Shown here: positions 15,442 through 26,100 of the stretch, piece by piece
Numbering within the stretch: position 1 is the first letter of the stretch
Layout: each line of letters begins with the position of its first letter
NCBI GenBank assembly: GCA_937892915.1
Contig: CALBIC010000181.1
Location: 2,909 to 66,908, forward strand
Length of the DNA stretch: 64,000 bases
Direction: 5' to 3'
Source: an uncultured Rhodobacterales bacterium
GTDB lineage: Bacteria; Pseudomonadota; Alphaproteobacteria; Rhodobacterales; Rhodobacteraceae
Translations under genes and position numbers: made by a program
The notes under the pieces: model-generated
The model's input: the letters and a program-made list of their open reading frames with translations, nothing else
Databases searched by the model: none
Told to the model about the DNA's origin: nothing

Positions 15442-16595
15442 AATATGCGTTGAGTCATCCTGAAATCCGGGCTGCTGTTGTGAAACTTTGCGCCGGTTTT
15501 CCAGGCGCGTACTGGCGTGATCTTGACCAGACCCAAGCCTATCCGGTTGATTTTGTGGCTGCTTTAACGCGCGAAGGATATCTGAGCGCACTTGTGCCCG
15601 AGGAATATGGCGGCTCGGGTTTGCCGCTGTCGGCGGCGGCGGCGATTTTGGAGGAGGTGCATCGTTCCGGTGGCAACGCGGCTGCCTGCCATGCGCAGAT
15701 GTATACGATGGGGACTTTGCTGCGGCATGGCTCGGACGCCCAGAAACATGCGTGGCTGCCGAGTATTGCCGAGGGCGCGTTGCGGTTGCAAGCCTTTGGG
15801 GTGACCGAACCGACCAGTGGCACGGATACAACCGCGTTGCGAACGACGGCGCGGTTGGACGGCGAGCAGTACATTGTGAACGGCCAAAAGCTTTGGACCT
15901 CGCGGGCCGAGCAGAGTGATCTGATGATCCTGCTGTGCCGCACGACGCCTGCGGATCAGGTGGCGCGAAAAACCGAAGGTCTGTCGGTTCTGCTGGTCGA
16001 TATGCGCGACGTGAAGGGCAAAAGCCTGACCATCCGCCCGGTGCGCACCATGATGAACCACGCCACGACCGAGGTGTTTTTTGACAATATGCCGGTGCCA
16101 GCCGCCAATCTGATTGGCGAAGCGGGACGTGGGTTTCGGTATATTCTTTCGGGTATGAACGCCGAACGGATATTGATTGCGGCGGAATGTATCGGGGACG
16201 CGAAATGGTTCATTGAAACCGCGACCAAATACGCGGGCGAACGCGTGGTTTTTGGCCGTCCTATCGGGCAAAATCAGGGGGTGCAGTTTCCAATCGCCAA
16301 GGCCTATGCCCAAATGCGGGCGGCGGAACTGATGCTGGCCGAAGCGATCCGTTTGTACGAGGCGGGCGAAAATCCGGGTGAAGAGGCGAATATGGCAAAG
16401 ATGCTGGCGGCAGACGCATCCTGGGCGGCGGCCGAGGCGTGCCTGCAGACGCATGGCGGCTTTGGTTTTGCGGCGGAATATGATGTCGAACGCAAGTTTC
16501 GCGAGACGCGGTTATATCAGGTGGCGCCGATTTCGACCAACCTGATCTTAAGTTATATCGCCGAGCATGTTTTGGGCCTGCCGCGATCTTACTGA
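15438..16595 (+). CDS. Acyl-CoA dehydrogenase family protein
   Basis: 385 aa with an ATGA overlap on the CoA-transferase. ACAD-like pattern seen (FGVTEPTSGTD, GQKLWTS, HGGFGFAAEYDVERKFRE). Confidence 0.85.
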   Translation: MKYALSHPEIRAAVVKLCAGFPGAYWRDLDQTQAYPVDFVAALTREGYLSALVPEEYGGSGLPLSAAAAILEEVHRSGGNAAACHAQMYTMGTLLRHGSDAQKHAWLPSIAEGALRLQAFGVTEPTSGTDTTALRTTARLDGEQYIVNGQKLWTSRAEQSDLMILLCRTTPADQVARKTEGLSVLLVDMRDVKGKSLTIRPVRTMMNHATTEVFFDNMPVPAANLIGEAGRGFRYILSGMNAERILIAAECIGDAKWFIETATKYAGERVVFGRPIGQNQGVQFPIAKAYAQMRAAELMLAEAIRLYEAGENPGEEANMAKMLAADASWAAAEACLQTHGGFGFAAEYDVERKFRETRLYQVAPISTNLILSYIAEHVLGLPRSY

Positions 16596-16599
16596 CGGA

Positions 16600-16671
16600 C
16601 GGGGCGCTGCCCACTGGCGCAATTGAAGGAATTGCGTCTTACTGCCGCAGTATTTCCGAAACTATGATGGG
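16600..16671. repeat. REP/MITE-like mosaic repeat copy
   Basis: GGGGCGCTGCCC plus GGCGCAATTGAAGGAATTGCG (also at 26910-26932) plus GTATTTCCGAAACTATGATGG arm. Lies between the convergent ACAD and lrp genes. Confidence 0.7.
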
Positions 16672-16674
16672 GAA

Positions 16675-17109
16675 TTAGCGCAGTCTCGCCATTTTGCGGG
16701 TGGCGAGCAACAGGTTGGTTTCGCTGGTGGCGATGCCTTCCAACAGGCGGATTTGCCTGAGGATCCCGTCCAGTTCTTCAAGGCTGTCAGCGCTGAGTTC
16801 GGCGATCAGATCCCATTTTCCGTTGGTGGTATGCAGCGCGTCGACGGATGGCATTGCGGATAATTGCCGGATAACCCGTTCCGTTCCGCGCCCTTCGATT
16901 GCGATCATCATTTGGCTGCGGACCGGCGCATGTGCTGCATCGCCGCGCAAAACGGCGGTAAAACCGATAATCTCACCTGATTGCTGCAAAGATTGCATAC
17001 GGCTGCGCACGGTTGTTCGGGTCAGGTTCAGGGTCGCGGCCAATGCGGAAATACTGGCGCGACCGTCCTGGCGTAAAGCCGCGATGAGTTTTTGATCGGT
17101 GATATCCAT
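16675..17109 (-). CDS. Lrp/AsnC family transcriptional regulator
   Basis: 144 aa, with an HTH (DGRASISALAATLNLTRTTVRSRM) and a C-terminal AsnC-type ligand domain. Divergent from the arginase gene. Confidence 0.85.
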   Translation of the reverse strand: MDITDQKLIAALRQDGRASISALAATLNLTRTTVRSRMQSLQQSGEIIGFTAVLRGDAAHAPVRSQMMIAIEGRGTERVIRQLSAMPSVDALHTTNGKWDLIAELSADSLEELDGILRQIRLLEGIATSETNLLLATRKMARLR

Positions 17110-17226
17110 TATGGTTAAACCTGTAGAGCAAATTGGGCAAAATACAACTCATTTGCGCAATAATTGGAATTACTGCTGAGCGAAATGTCGTCTAAACCGC
17201 ATATTAGAAACCTGAGGAGGTAACAA

Positions 17227-18153
17227 ATGGGCCAGAATTGCATCCTGATCGGGGCGCCGGTTGAAACCGGTGCCAGTGCTGCCGGGTGTATCATGGGGCC
17301 AGCCTCGTTTCGGACCGCCGGGTTGGGGAACATCTTGGCAAGTCTTGGCCACACGGTTGAAGATCGCGGAGATGTTACGCCGGTTGCCGTGACCCTGCCA
17401 GCTGGAGCTTTGGCCAATACGCGGCATCCCGAGGCGATGATCGGCTGGACCACCGCGCTGGCTGATGCCGCCGAAAAAGCCGCCGCAGAAGGGTTTCCGA
17501 TTTTTCTGGGCGGGGATCATTCACTGGCGGCTGGCACGGTTTCCGGGGTGGCGCGGCATGCGGCTAAAATCAACCGGCCGCAATTCGTTTTGTGGCTGGA
17601 TGCGCATCCGGATTTGCACACGCCTGACAGCACCACCAGCGGTAATTTGCACGGCGTGCCGGTGGCCTATTTTACCGGGTTTGACGGCTTCCAGCCATAT
17701 TTTCCGCCGGTGACTGCACCTGTACCGCTGGGCAATATCTGCATGATGGGGATACGCTCGGTTGATCCGGCCGAAAATCTGCGTCTGGCGGAAAGCGATA
17801 TTGACGTCAACGACATGCGGGCGATTGATGAATTTGGCGTAGGCAATCTGCTGAAGGATTTTCTGGGGCGGGTCGAGGCGGCGAACGGGGTTTTGCATGT
17901 CAGTCTGGACGTGGACTTTCTGGAACCTTCGATCGCGCCTGCGGTTGGCACCACGGTGCCGGGCGGGGCGACATTCCGCGAGGCGCATCTGATCATGGAA
18001 ATGCTGTGTGACAGCAAGCTGGTCACGTCGCTTGATCTGGTCGAGCTGAACCCGTTTCTGGACGAACGTGGCCGCACGGCGCTATTGATGGTGGAACTGA
18101 CCGCCAGCCTGATGGGCAAGAAAGTGTTGGATCGTCCGACACGGAGGTTTTGA
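17227..18153 (+). CDS. rocF: Arginase
   Basis: 308 aa with ureohydrolase metal motifs GGDHSLA, DAHPDLHTP and SLDVDFLEP. Confidence 0.85.
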   Translation: MGQNCILIGAPVETGASAAGCIMGPASFRTAGLGNILASLGHTVEDRGDVTPVAVTLPAGALANTRHPEAMIGWTTALADAAEKAAAEGFPIFLGGDHSLAAGTVSGVARHAAKINRPQFVLWLDAHPDLHTPDSTTSGNLHGVPVAYFTGFDGFQPYFPPVTAPVPLGNICMMGIRSVDPAENLRLAESDIDVNDMRAIDEFGVGNLLKDFLGRVEAANGVLHVSLDVDFLEPSIAPAVGTTVPGGATFREAHLIMEMLCDSKLVTSLDLVELNPFLDERGRTALLMVELTASLMGKKVLDRPTRRF

Positions 18154-18155
18154 AA

Positions 18156-19235
18156 ATGGCCAAGACTCCCTCAAAGCTGGCAATGGTGCCGTTTGTGTCG
18201 GTTGATCATATGATGCAATTGGTCAATGTGACTGGCATTGAACGGTTTCTGATCGAGCTTTCCACCTATATCGAACAGGATTTCCGCCGTTGGGAACTGT
18301 TCGACAAAACCCCGCGTGTGGCCTCGCATTCAGCCGACGGGGTGATTGAACTTATGCCGACAAGTGACGGCGAGGTTTACGGGTTTAAGTATGTGAACGG
18401 GCATCCCAAGAACATGGCCGAGGGGCGGCAAACGGTAACGGCGTTTGGTCTGTTGGCGGATGTCAGCAACGGCTATCCGGTTTTGTTCAGCGAAATGACC
18501 ATTCTGACAGCCTTGCGGACAGCAGCGATGTCGGCCTTGGCGGCAAAATATCTTGCCCCCAAGGATGCGCGGGTGATGGCGATGATCGGCAACGGTGCGC
18601 AGTCGGAGTTTCAGTGCATGGCGTTTAAGGCGATTTGTGGTGTGGACACGGTTCGCCTTTACGATATCGACGCGGCGGCAACCGCCAAGGCTGTGCGCAA
18701 CTTGGCGGCAAGTGGTCTGACGGTGATCGCCTGCACGTCAGCACAAGAAGCGGTGACGGGGGCGCAGATCATCACGACCTGCACGGCGGATAAGCAATAT
18801 GCCACGATTCTGACAGATAATATGGTTGGCAGCGGTGTTCATATAAACGCGATTGGTGGGGATTGCCCGGGCAAGACTGAACTGCACAAAGACATCCTGC
18901 TGCGTTCAGATATTTTCGTGGAATACCCGCCGCAAACCCGGATCGAGGGCGAGATACAGCAATTGGCACCTGATCACCACGTGACCGAACTGTGGCAAGT
19001 GATAACCGGGCAGGTAACCGGGCGTCGCGACGCGCGCCAGATCACGTTGTTTGATTCAGTCGGTTTCGCGATCGAGGATTTTTCGGCGCTGCGTTATGTG
19101 CGCGACAAACTGCCGGGGACTGGTTTCTTTCTGGAACTTGACATGTTGGCCGACCCGGATGATCCGCGTGATCTTTTTGGGATGGTAAGGCGGGCCGACA
19201 ACGCGCCATTGGCGATGAATGCGGTCCGCGCGTGA
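18156..19235 (+). CDS. ocd: Ornithine cyclodeaminase
   Basis: ORF 18150..19235. ATG 18156 is preferred because GGAGG lies 8 nt upstream. OCD/mu-crystallin pattern seen, with a Rossmann motif MIGNGAQSEFQ. Confidence 0.8.
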   Translation: MAKTPSKLAMVPFVSVDHMMQLVNVTGIERFLIELSTYIEQDFRRWELFDKTPRVASHSADGVIELMPTSDGEVYGFKYVNGHPKNMAEGRQTVTAFGLLADVSNGYPVLFSEMTILTALRTAAMSALAAKYLAPKDARVMAMIGNGAQSEFQCMAFKAICGVDTVRLYDIDAAATAKAVRNLAASGLTVIACTSAQEAVTGAQIITTCTADKQYATILTDNMVGSGVHINAIGGDCPGKTELHKDILLRSDIFVEYPPQTRIEGEIQQLAPDHHVTELWQVITGQVTGRRDARQITLFDSVGFAIEDFSALRYVRDKLPGTGFFLELDMLADPDDPRDLFGMVRRADNAPLAMNAVRA

Positions 19236-19328
19236 ATTGCGACTTGCGCTTTTGGTGGATTTCGAACAGATTTAGCAGGTTGTCAGCGCGGCCGCCGGTT
19301 CAGCCGACCAACAGGGGAAAGCATCGAT

Positions 19329-20102
19329 TTGACTGACAGACCAATAGCGTTGATCGCGGATGATATCCACAAAAGTTTTGGCGCACTGGAAGTGCTGAAA
19401 GGGATTTCGCTGACCGCACTGGAAGGCGACGTGATTTCGATCATCGGCTCGTCAGGGTCCGGCAAAAGCACCTTGCTGCGCTGCATAAACTTTCTGGAAA
19501 CGCCCGATAAAGGCCGTATCGTGCTGGGCGGCGAAGAGGTTATCGTCAACCGCGACCGGCGCGGCAAATTGCTGGGGGCGGATGCGAAACAAATTCAGCG
19601 CCTCAGGATGCAGCTTGGCTTTGTATTCCAGAACTTCAATCTTTGGTCGCATATGACGGTGGTTCAGAATGTGATGGAAGGCCCGGTGCAGGTTCTGGGT
19701 GTTGAGAAGGCCGAGGCCCGCGCCGCCGCGATGCTGGTGCTGGAACAGGTTGGCATTGCCGAAAAAGAAAACGTCTATCCCAGCCAGTTATCTGGCGGTC
19801 AGCAGCAGCGCGTGGCAATTGCGCGGGCGTTGGCGATGAACCCAAAGGTCTTGCTGTTTGATGAACCAACATCGGCGCTTGACCCTGAATTGGTCGGCGA
19901 GGTTCTGCGGGTGATGCGTGATCTGGCCGATCAGGGGCGCACGATGATTGTGGTGACCCACGAGATGGGCTTTGCCCGCGAGGTCAGCTCGAAAACTATA
20001 TTCCTGCATCAGGGGCGCGTGGAAGAAGAGGGCGCGCCGAAAGAGGTGTTTGGAAATCCGAAATCAGAGCGCTGCCGGGCATTTTTGGCCAGCACGTTGT
20101 GA
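19329..20102 (+). CDS. Polar amino-acid (Arg/Orn/His/opine type) ABC transporter ATP-binding protein
   Basis: 257 aa with a TTG start. Walker [10 protein letters not shown], signature [15 protein letters not shown], Walker [12 protein letters not shown]. Confidence 0.88.
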   Translation: MTDRPIALIADDIHKSFGALEVLKGISLTALEGDVISIIGSSGSGKSTLLRCINFLETPDKGRIVLGGEEVIVNRDRRGKLLGADAKQIQRLRMQLGFVFQNFNLWSHMTVVQNVMEGPVQVLGVEKAEARAAAMLVLEQVGIAEKENVYPSQLSGGQQQRVAIARALAMNPKVLLFDEPTSALDPELVGEVLRVMRDLADQGRTMIVVTHEMGFAREVSSKTIFLHQGRVEEEGAPKEVFGNPKSERCRAFLASTL

Positions 20103-20134
20103 GAAACTGAAACCATAGAAACGGGAGAGACTAC

Positions 20135-20872
20135 ATGAATTATCTGGTGAAACTTGCAGGGGTTGCTGCCCTTGCCACGGCATTTTCCGCAACCGCGCTG
20201 TCGGCGCAAACGATCCGTTTGGGCACTGAGGGGGCGTATCCTCCGTATAACTTCATCAACGACAAAGGCGAAGTTGACGGGTTTGAGCGCGAATTGGGTG
20301 ACGAACTGTGCAAACGTGCTGGCTTGACCTGTACCTGGGTCACCAATGCGTGGGACTCGATCATCCCGAACCTTGTGTCAGGCAACTATGACACCATCAT
20401 TGCCGGCATGTCGATCACCGCAGAACGCGATCAGGTGATTGATTTCACTCAGCTTTATTTCCCACCAGATCCGTCAGCCTATGTTGCCCTGAAGGGCGCC
20501 AAGGTCGATCTGAAAAAAGGCGTTATTTCCGCCCAGACCGCCACCATTCAGGCGGCCTATGTCGCGCAATCAGGTGCGACTGTGGTGGAATTCGCAACGC
20601 CCGAAGAAACCGTAGCGGCAGTGCGTTCAGGCGAGGCTGACGCGGTGCTTGCCGATTACAGCTATCTGAAACCGATTGTTGATTCCTCTAACGGCGAGTT
20701 GGAAGTGATCGACCAAAGTGTGGTGATCGGCGGCGGTGTTGGTATGGGTATCCGTGAATCTGATGCCGAACTGAGGGACAAAATGGATGCCGGGATCACC
20801 GCGATGAAGGCAGACGGCTCGCTGAGCGCGCTGATTGCCAAATGGTTTGACGGTCGTGTCGTCAACTGGTGA
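20135..20872 (+). CDS. Polar amino-acid ABC transporter substrate-binding protein (family 3)
   Basis: 245 aa with a signal peptide (LAGVAALATAFSATALSAQ) and a HisJ/ArgT-like core (GTEGAYPPYNF...IIAGMSIT). Confidence 0.85.
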   Translation: MNYLVKLAGVAALATAFSATALSAQTIRLGTEGAYPPYNFINDKGEVDGFERELGDELCKRAGLTCTWVTNAWDSIIPNLVSGNYDTIIAGMSITAERDQVIDFTQLYFPPDPSAYVALKGAKVDLKKGVISAQTATIQAAYVAQSGATVVEFATPEETVAAVRSGEADAVLADYSYLKPIVDSSNGELEVIDQSVVIGGGVGMGIRESDAELRDKMDAGITAMKADGSLSALIAKWFDGRVVNW

Positions 20873-20893
20873 ACTGTTGATCTATTGAAACCT

Positions 20894-20920
20894 AAGGGTC
20901 GCCCAATCGGCGGCCCTTTT
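20894..20920 (+). terminator. Intra-operon hairpin after the binding-protein gene (attenuator or partial terminator)
   Basis: AAGGGTCGCC-CAATC-GGCGGCCCTT (one mismatch) followed by TTTT, located between the SBP and permease genes. Confidence 0.35.
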
Positions 20921-20936
20921 CAGCAAGGAGCCCGGA

Positions 20937-21800
20937 ATGTTTGAGTATTGCGCTGATCCAGGCACGCTGAGCGGGTATTTATGGTGGTCGTGCTATCTGA
21001 CCACCGGTAAAGAATTCGGATTTTACATAAGCTTTGGCGTGGTCCTCAGCCTGCTGTTCCTGACCGTGCCGCTGATAATGATACTGGGATTTGCCGGGGC
21101 CTTGGCACGACGGTCGCGGTTTTTGCCACTGCGGTGGTTTGGCACGATTTATACCTCAATGGTGCGAGGCGTGCCTGACATTATCTTTTTCCTGTTTGCC
21201 TTGATCGCCCTGGATCAGGGAATCGAATACTTGCGCCACATTATTCTGTGCCCCGACTGGACCGAACCAATCCGCCAGGGCAATGATTTCCGGGTTTGTC
21301 CCGCCGCCAAGATGCCGCTGGGAAATTCCCCGCAATGGGTGCACGAGGTCTACGGCTTTTCGCTGGCCATTGTCGGGTTTGGCGTGGTGTTCGGGGCCTT
21401 TGCCGCCAACACGCTTTACGGCGCTCTTGATGCTGTTCCCAAGGGCCAGCTTGAAACCGGCACCGCCTTTGGCATGTCGCCACGACAGATTTTTCGTCGT
21501 ATTCATTTGCCACAGATGTGGGTTTACGCGCTGCCGGGCCTTTCAAATCTGTGGATGATCCTGATAAAGGCCACGCCGCTTTTGTTTCTGTTGGGGGTCG
21601 AGGATATCGTTTACTGGGCGCGCGAACTTGGCGGTACCAAGACCGCGATCTATGCCTATCCGCATGGCGATTGGCGGCTTGGGTACTTTCTGGTGCTGCT
21701 GGTGTTCTATCTGGCGTTAACATGGGTCAGCGAACGGGTGTTCGATCGGCTGTCGCGGCGGGTTTCACGCGGGCAGGCGACCTTGGGGGGCACGGCATGA
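20937..21800 (+). CDS. Polar amino-acid ABC transporter permease (HisQ/OccQ-like)
   Basis: 287 aa with multiple TM helices and a long N-terminal extension relative to the minimal family size. Confidence 0.8.
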   Translation: MFEYCADPGTLSGYLWWSCYLTTGKEFGFYISFGVVLSLLFLTVPLIMILGFAGALARRSRFLPLRWFGTIYTSMVRGVPDIIFFLFALIALDQGIEYLRHIILCPDWTEPIRQGNDFRVCPAAKMPLGNSPQWVHEVYGFSLAIVGFGVVFGAFAANTLYGALDAVPKGQLETGTAFGMSPRQIFRRIHLPQMWVYALPGLSNLWMILIKATPLLFLLGVEDIVYWARELGGTKTAIYAYPHGDWRLGYFLVLLVFYLALTWVSERVFDRLSRRVSRGQATLGGTA

Positions 21801-22600
21801 GCTGCGTTGAAACTATCACCAGTTATGCATTGCGGTCCATCGGCATTGGCGAGCGGCTATTGCCGAAAACCGATTTCACCCTGTGCGAGCAGTTCGTGCT
21901 GATCGGATCTGGCCTGATCTGGAACGTCTATTTCGCGTTCTTTGCACTGCTGTTCGGGTTCTTTTTGGCGACCGCCGTTGCTATGGCGCGGGCCAGCGAC
22001 CGCTGGTTTTTCAGCTATCCTGCGCGGGCGTTCATTTTCGTGATCCGCGGATCGCCGCTGTTTATCCAGTTCTTCATCGCCTACGAAAGTTTTGTTCTGA
22101 TCCCGAAGCTTGGTTACGACCTTAATCTGGGCTTTGTCGAGATCACGATGGAAACCCGCTGGTTGACCAAAGCGTGGCTGGGGGCGCTGGTTGTGCTGTT
22201 TCTAAACACCTCGGCCTACTCAGCGCAGATATTCTATGGCGCGTTACTGTCTGTACCCAAAGGCGATATCGAGGCGGCTGATGCCATCGGCATGACCCCT
22301 TTTACCAAGTTTCGGCGGGTGGTCTGGCCGTCGATGCTCAGGCTGAGTTGGGCGTCTTACACAAACGAGGCGATCTTTCTGTTTCACGCCACCGCGCTGG
22401 TCTATTTTTCCAGCTTTCCGGCATGGCAGCAAAAAGGGGACGCGCTTTATTATGCCAAATATTTCGCGGACAAGACGTTCAATCCCTTTGTGCCTTACCC
22501 GATTATTGCGGTCTACTTTGTCTGTCTGACGCTATTGCTGATTGGGTTGTTCGGTATCGTGAACCGACGGCTGAACCGTCACGTGGCGTCGAACCGTTAA
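21797..22600 (+). CDS. Polar amino-acid ABC transporter permease (HisM/OccM-like)
   Basis: ORF 21518..22600. Start set at ATG 21797 (MSCVETITSYAL), which makes an ATGA overlap with the preceding permease stop. Confidence 0.8.
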   Translation: MSCVETITSYALRSIGIGERLLPKTDFTLCEQFVLIGSGLIWNVYFAFFALLFGFFLATAVAMARASDRWFFSYPARAFIFVIRGSPLFIQFFIAYESFVLIPKLGYDLNLGFVEITMETRWLTKAWLGALVVLFLNTSAYSAQIFYGALLSVPKGDIEAADAIGMTPFTKFRRVVWPSMLRLSWASYTNEAIFLFHATALVYFSSFPAWQQKGDALYYAKYFADKTFNPFVPYPIIAVYFVCLTLLLIGLFGIVNRRLNRHVASNR

Positions 22601-23067
22601 AACGCGCTGTCTTTGACGGCTTCCATCGACACATGCGTGGAGCTGCTGCTGACAAAGGGCAAAGCCGAGATGGTTTCGCCCAACACCTGCCGATAAGCGC
22701 GGATGTCGCGGGTGCGGACCTTCAGCAGATAGTCGAACGAGCCGGCAATCATGTGGCATTGTTCAATCTCGGGCACTTTCAGAACGGCGGTGTTAAAGGC
22801 TTTCAGGGCCTTTTCGGTGGTATCGGTCAGTTTTACTTCGGCAAACGCGATATGATCGCGGTCAAGTTTTACCGGGTTCAGGACGGCGCGAAACCCAAGG
22901 ATATAACCCTCGGCCTGAAGACGTTTCACCCTGACCTGACAGGGGCTTTTGGACAAACCAACAGCTTGTGCCAATTCGGTTATCGGCATGCGCCCATCGC
23001 GGCTGAGCAGGTCAAGGATTTTGCGGTCATTTCGGTCAAGTTGGCTTGGAATCCCAAATTTTTGCAT
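22597..23067 (-). CDS. putR: Lrp/AsnC family regulator, proline-utilisation activator type
   Basis: 156 aa with an HTH (DGRMPITELAQAVGLSKSPCQVRVKRL). Divergent from putA, the classic alphaproteobacterial putR-putA arrangement. Confidence 0.8.
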   Translation of the reverse strand: MQKFGIPSQLDRNDRKILDLLSRDGRMPITELAQAVGLSKSPCQVRVKRLQAEGYILGFRAVLNPVKLDRDHIAFAEVKLTDTTEKALKAFNTAVLKVPEIEQCHMIAGSFDYLLKVRTRDIRAYRQVLGETISALPFVSSSSTHVSMEAVKDSAF

Positions 23068-23152
23068 CTTTACGGCCTCAATAGTCTATTTTTTCAGTTT
23101 AATAGACGGTTTTTGTCGCATTATCAGGAAACATACCTCTTACATTTCTGAT

Positions 23153-26100
23153 ATGTCGGCGCCAGCCCAAACATCAGGAACCTTGGCCATGTCTTCTTTA
23201 CTTGAATTGCGCGAAATCATCCGTCGGTACAATTTGCTTGAAGATGTCGACTGTTTGACCCAGCTTATGCAGACAAACCCAATTGCTGAAACCACACGTG
23301 CAGCGGCACGGGCGCGGGCGGTTGGGTTGGTGCATGCGATCAGAGGTGACAGCAACCCCGGCCTGATGGAAGTGTTTCTGGCAGAATACGGCCTTTCAAC
23401 CGACGAAGGTGTCGCCCTGATGTGTCTGGCCGAGGCTTTGTTGCGGGTGCCGGATGCCTATACGATGAGCGCGCTGATCGAAGACAAGATTGCACCATCG
23501 GCATGGGGGACGCATCTTGGGCATTCCAGTTCGTCCTTGGTGAATGCATCCACTTGGGCATTGATGCTGACCGGCAAAATTCTGAAAGATGACGATCAGG
23601 CTGGCGTGGCTGCGGTGCTGCACGGGGCTGTTAAGCGGCTTGGTGAGCCGGTGATCCGAACAGCTGTCGGGCGGGCGATCCGCGAAATGGGGCATCAGTT
23701 TGTGCTGGGCCGCAGTATTTCCGAAGCAATTGAACGTGGTGGCAAGCTGCAAAAGCAGGGGTATACGTTTTCATATGACATGCTGGGCGAGGCGGCTCTT
23801 ACTGCGCGGGACGCGGCCAAGTATTTCAAGGCCTACTCCACTGCAATCGCTGAACTTGCCGGGCAATGCACGTCAGATGATATTCGCGAAAATCCTGGCA
23901 TTTCGGTGAAATTGTCAGCCCTGCACCCGCGTTACGAAGTTGGTCAAAAAGGCCGCGTTATGCGTGAATTGGTTGCCAGCACGCTTGCGCTGGCGCAACA
24001 GGCCCGCGCGGCCGGGATGGGGTTCAATATTGACTCAGAAGAGGCTGACCGGCTTGATCTGTCACTGGACGTGATCCAGGCGGTTCTGCGTGATCCGTCA
24101 CTGGCCGGTTGGAACGGCTTTGGCGTTGTGGTGCAGGCTTATGGCAAACGCGCGCCCTATGTGCTGGACTGGTTATATGCTTTGGCTGCTGAACTTGACC
24201 GCAAGATTATGGTGCGGCTGGTCAAGGGTGCTTACTGGGATACCGAGATCAAGCGCGCACAAGTCGAAGGCTTGGCGGGTTTTCCGGTTTTCGCGCAAAA
24301 GTCAGCGACGGATGTGTCTTACCTGTTGTGTGCCGGCAAACTTCTGGCAATGACCGACCGGATCTATCCGCAGTTTGCCACCCATAATGCGCATACAGTC
24401 GCCGCTATTCTGGAAATGGCCAGGGACAAAACCACGTTTGAATTTCAGCGTCTTCAAGGCATGGGAGAATCGCTGCACAACATCGTGCTGCGGCAGGAAA
24501 AGACCCGTTGCCGGATATACGCGCCGGTTGGCACGCATCGCGATTTGCTGGCCTATCTTGTGCGCCGGTTGCTGGAAAATGGTGCGAACTCGTCGTTTGT
24601 GAACCAGATTGTTGACGTCGACGTTGCGGCTGAAACTGTGGCCGCTGACCCGATTGAAACATGGGCGGTTGCGTCAGGGCGACCTCCGGCGGCTGTGGTT
24701 CAGCCGGGCGCGCTGTTTGGGGCCAGTCGGCAAAATTCCAAAGGCTGGGATTTGCATGATCTGGATGATTTGGCAGCGATCGACCGGGCGCGCGAAGTCT
24801 TTTCCAATCATCAATGGCAAGCCGGGCCGATGATTTCGGGTCAGGTTGAAGGGGCCGGGGAACATATTGTGGTTAACCCGGCACGTCCGACGGATAGGGT
24901 TGGCGTGGTCGTGCAGGCATCAGCGACTGATGTTGCCACGGCTTTGGCGGCAGCGCGGGATTGGTCAGGGGCTCTTGCCGAAACGCGTGGCGATATTTTA
25001 CGGCACGCCGCCGACCTTTATGAAGCGAACTTTGGCGAATTGTTCGCGGTTCTCTGCCGTGAGGCTGGAAAGTCCCCGGCAGATGCCATTTCAGAGCTGC
25101 GCGAAGCGGTAGATTTTCTAAGGTTTTACGCAGGCGAAGGCGAAGCGGCTGGTGCTGCGCCAGCGCGCGGCGTTATCACCTGCATTTCGCCCTGGAATTT
25201 CCCTCTGGCGATTTTCACAGGGCAAGTCGCAGCCGCACTTGCGGCCGGCAACGGTGTGCTTGCGAAACCTGCCGAGGCGACCGGGCTGGTGGCATCAATC
25301 GCAGTTGGCTTGCTGCTAAAGGCCGGCGTGCCGCAGGCGGTTCTGCAATTGCTGCCGGGTCGTGGCGCGGTTGTCGGGGCGGTACTGACGTCGGACAAAC
25401 GCGTCAACGGCGTCTGTTTTACCGGGTCAACTGCAACGGCTGTGACCGTCAACCGGGCAATGGCGGTCGAGATTGAACCGCACGCGCCACTGATCGCTGA
25501 AACTGGCGGGCTGAATGCGATGATTGTCGACAGCACGGCCCTGCCGGAACAAGCGGTGCGCGATATCGTGAACGGCGCGTTTCGGTCGGCCGGTCAAAGG
25601 TGCTCCGCCCTGCGCATACTTTATCTGCAAGAGGATATTGCTACCGGGTTTCTGGAAATGCTGACCGGCGCAATGGATGAACTGGTTATCGGTGATCCCT
25701 GGGCGTTTGAAACCGATGTCGGCCCGGTAATAAGCAGTGCTGCCAAGGCTGATATTCAGGGACATGTCGATCAGGCGCGCCACGACGGGCGGTTGATCAA
25801 GCAATTGACTACGCCCGAAACGGGCAGTTTTGTCGCTCCGGCAGTTATCAGGGTCGATGGCATAGGCGATCTGAAGCGCGAAGTTTTTGGCCCGGTTCTG
25901 CATGTGGCGACCTTCAAAGCCAGCCGTCTTAATCGGGTTCTGGATCAGATTGACGCAACCGGATATGGGCTGACCTTTGGCATGCATTCGCGGATTGATG
26001 ACCGCGTGAACCAGATCACCCAGCGCTTGCGCATGGGCAATATTTACATCAACCGCAACCAGATCGGGGCCATTGTCGGCAGCCAGCCCTTTGGGGGCGA

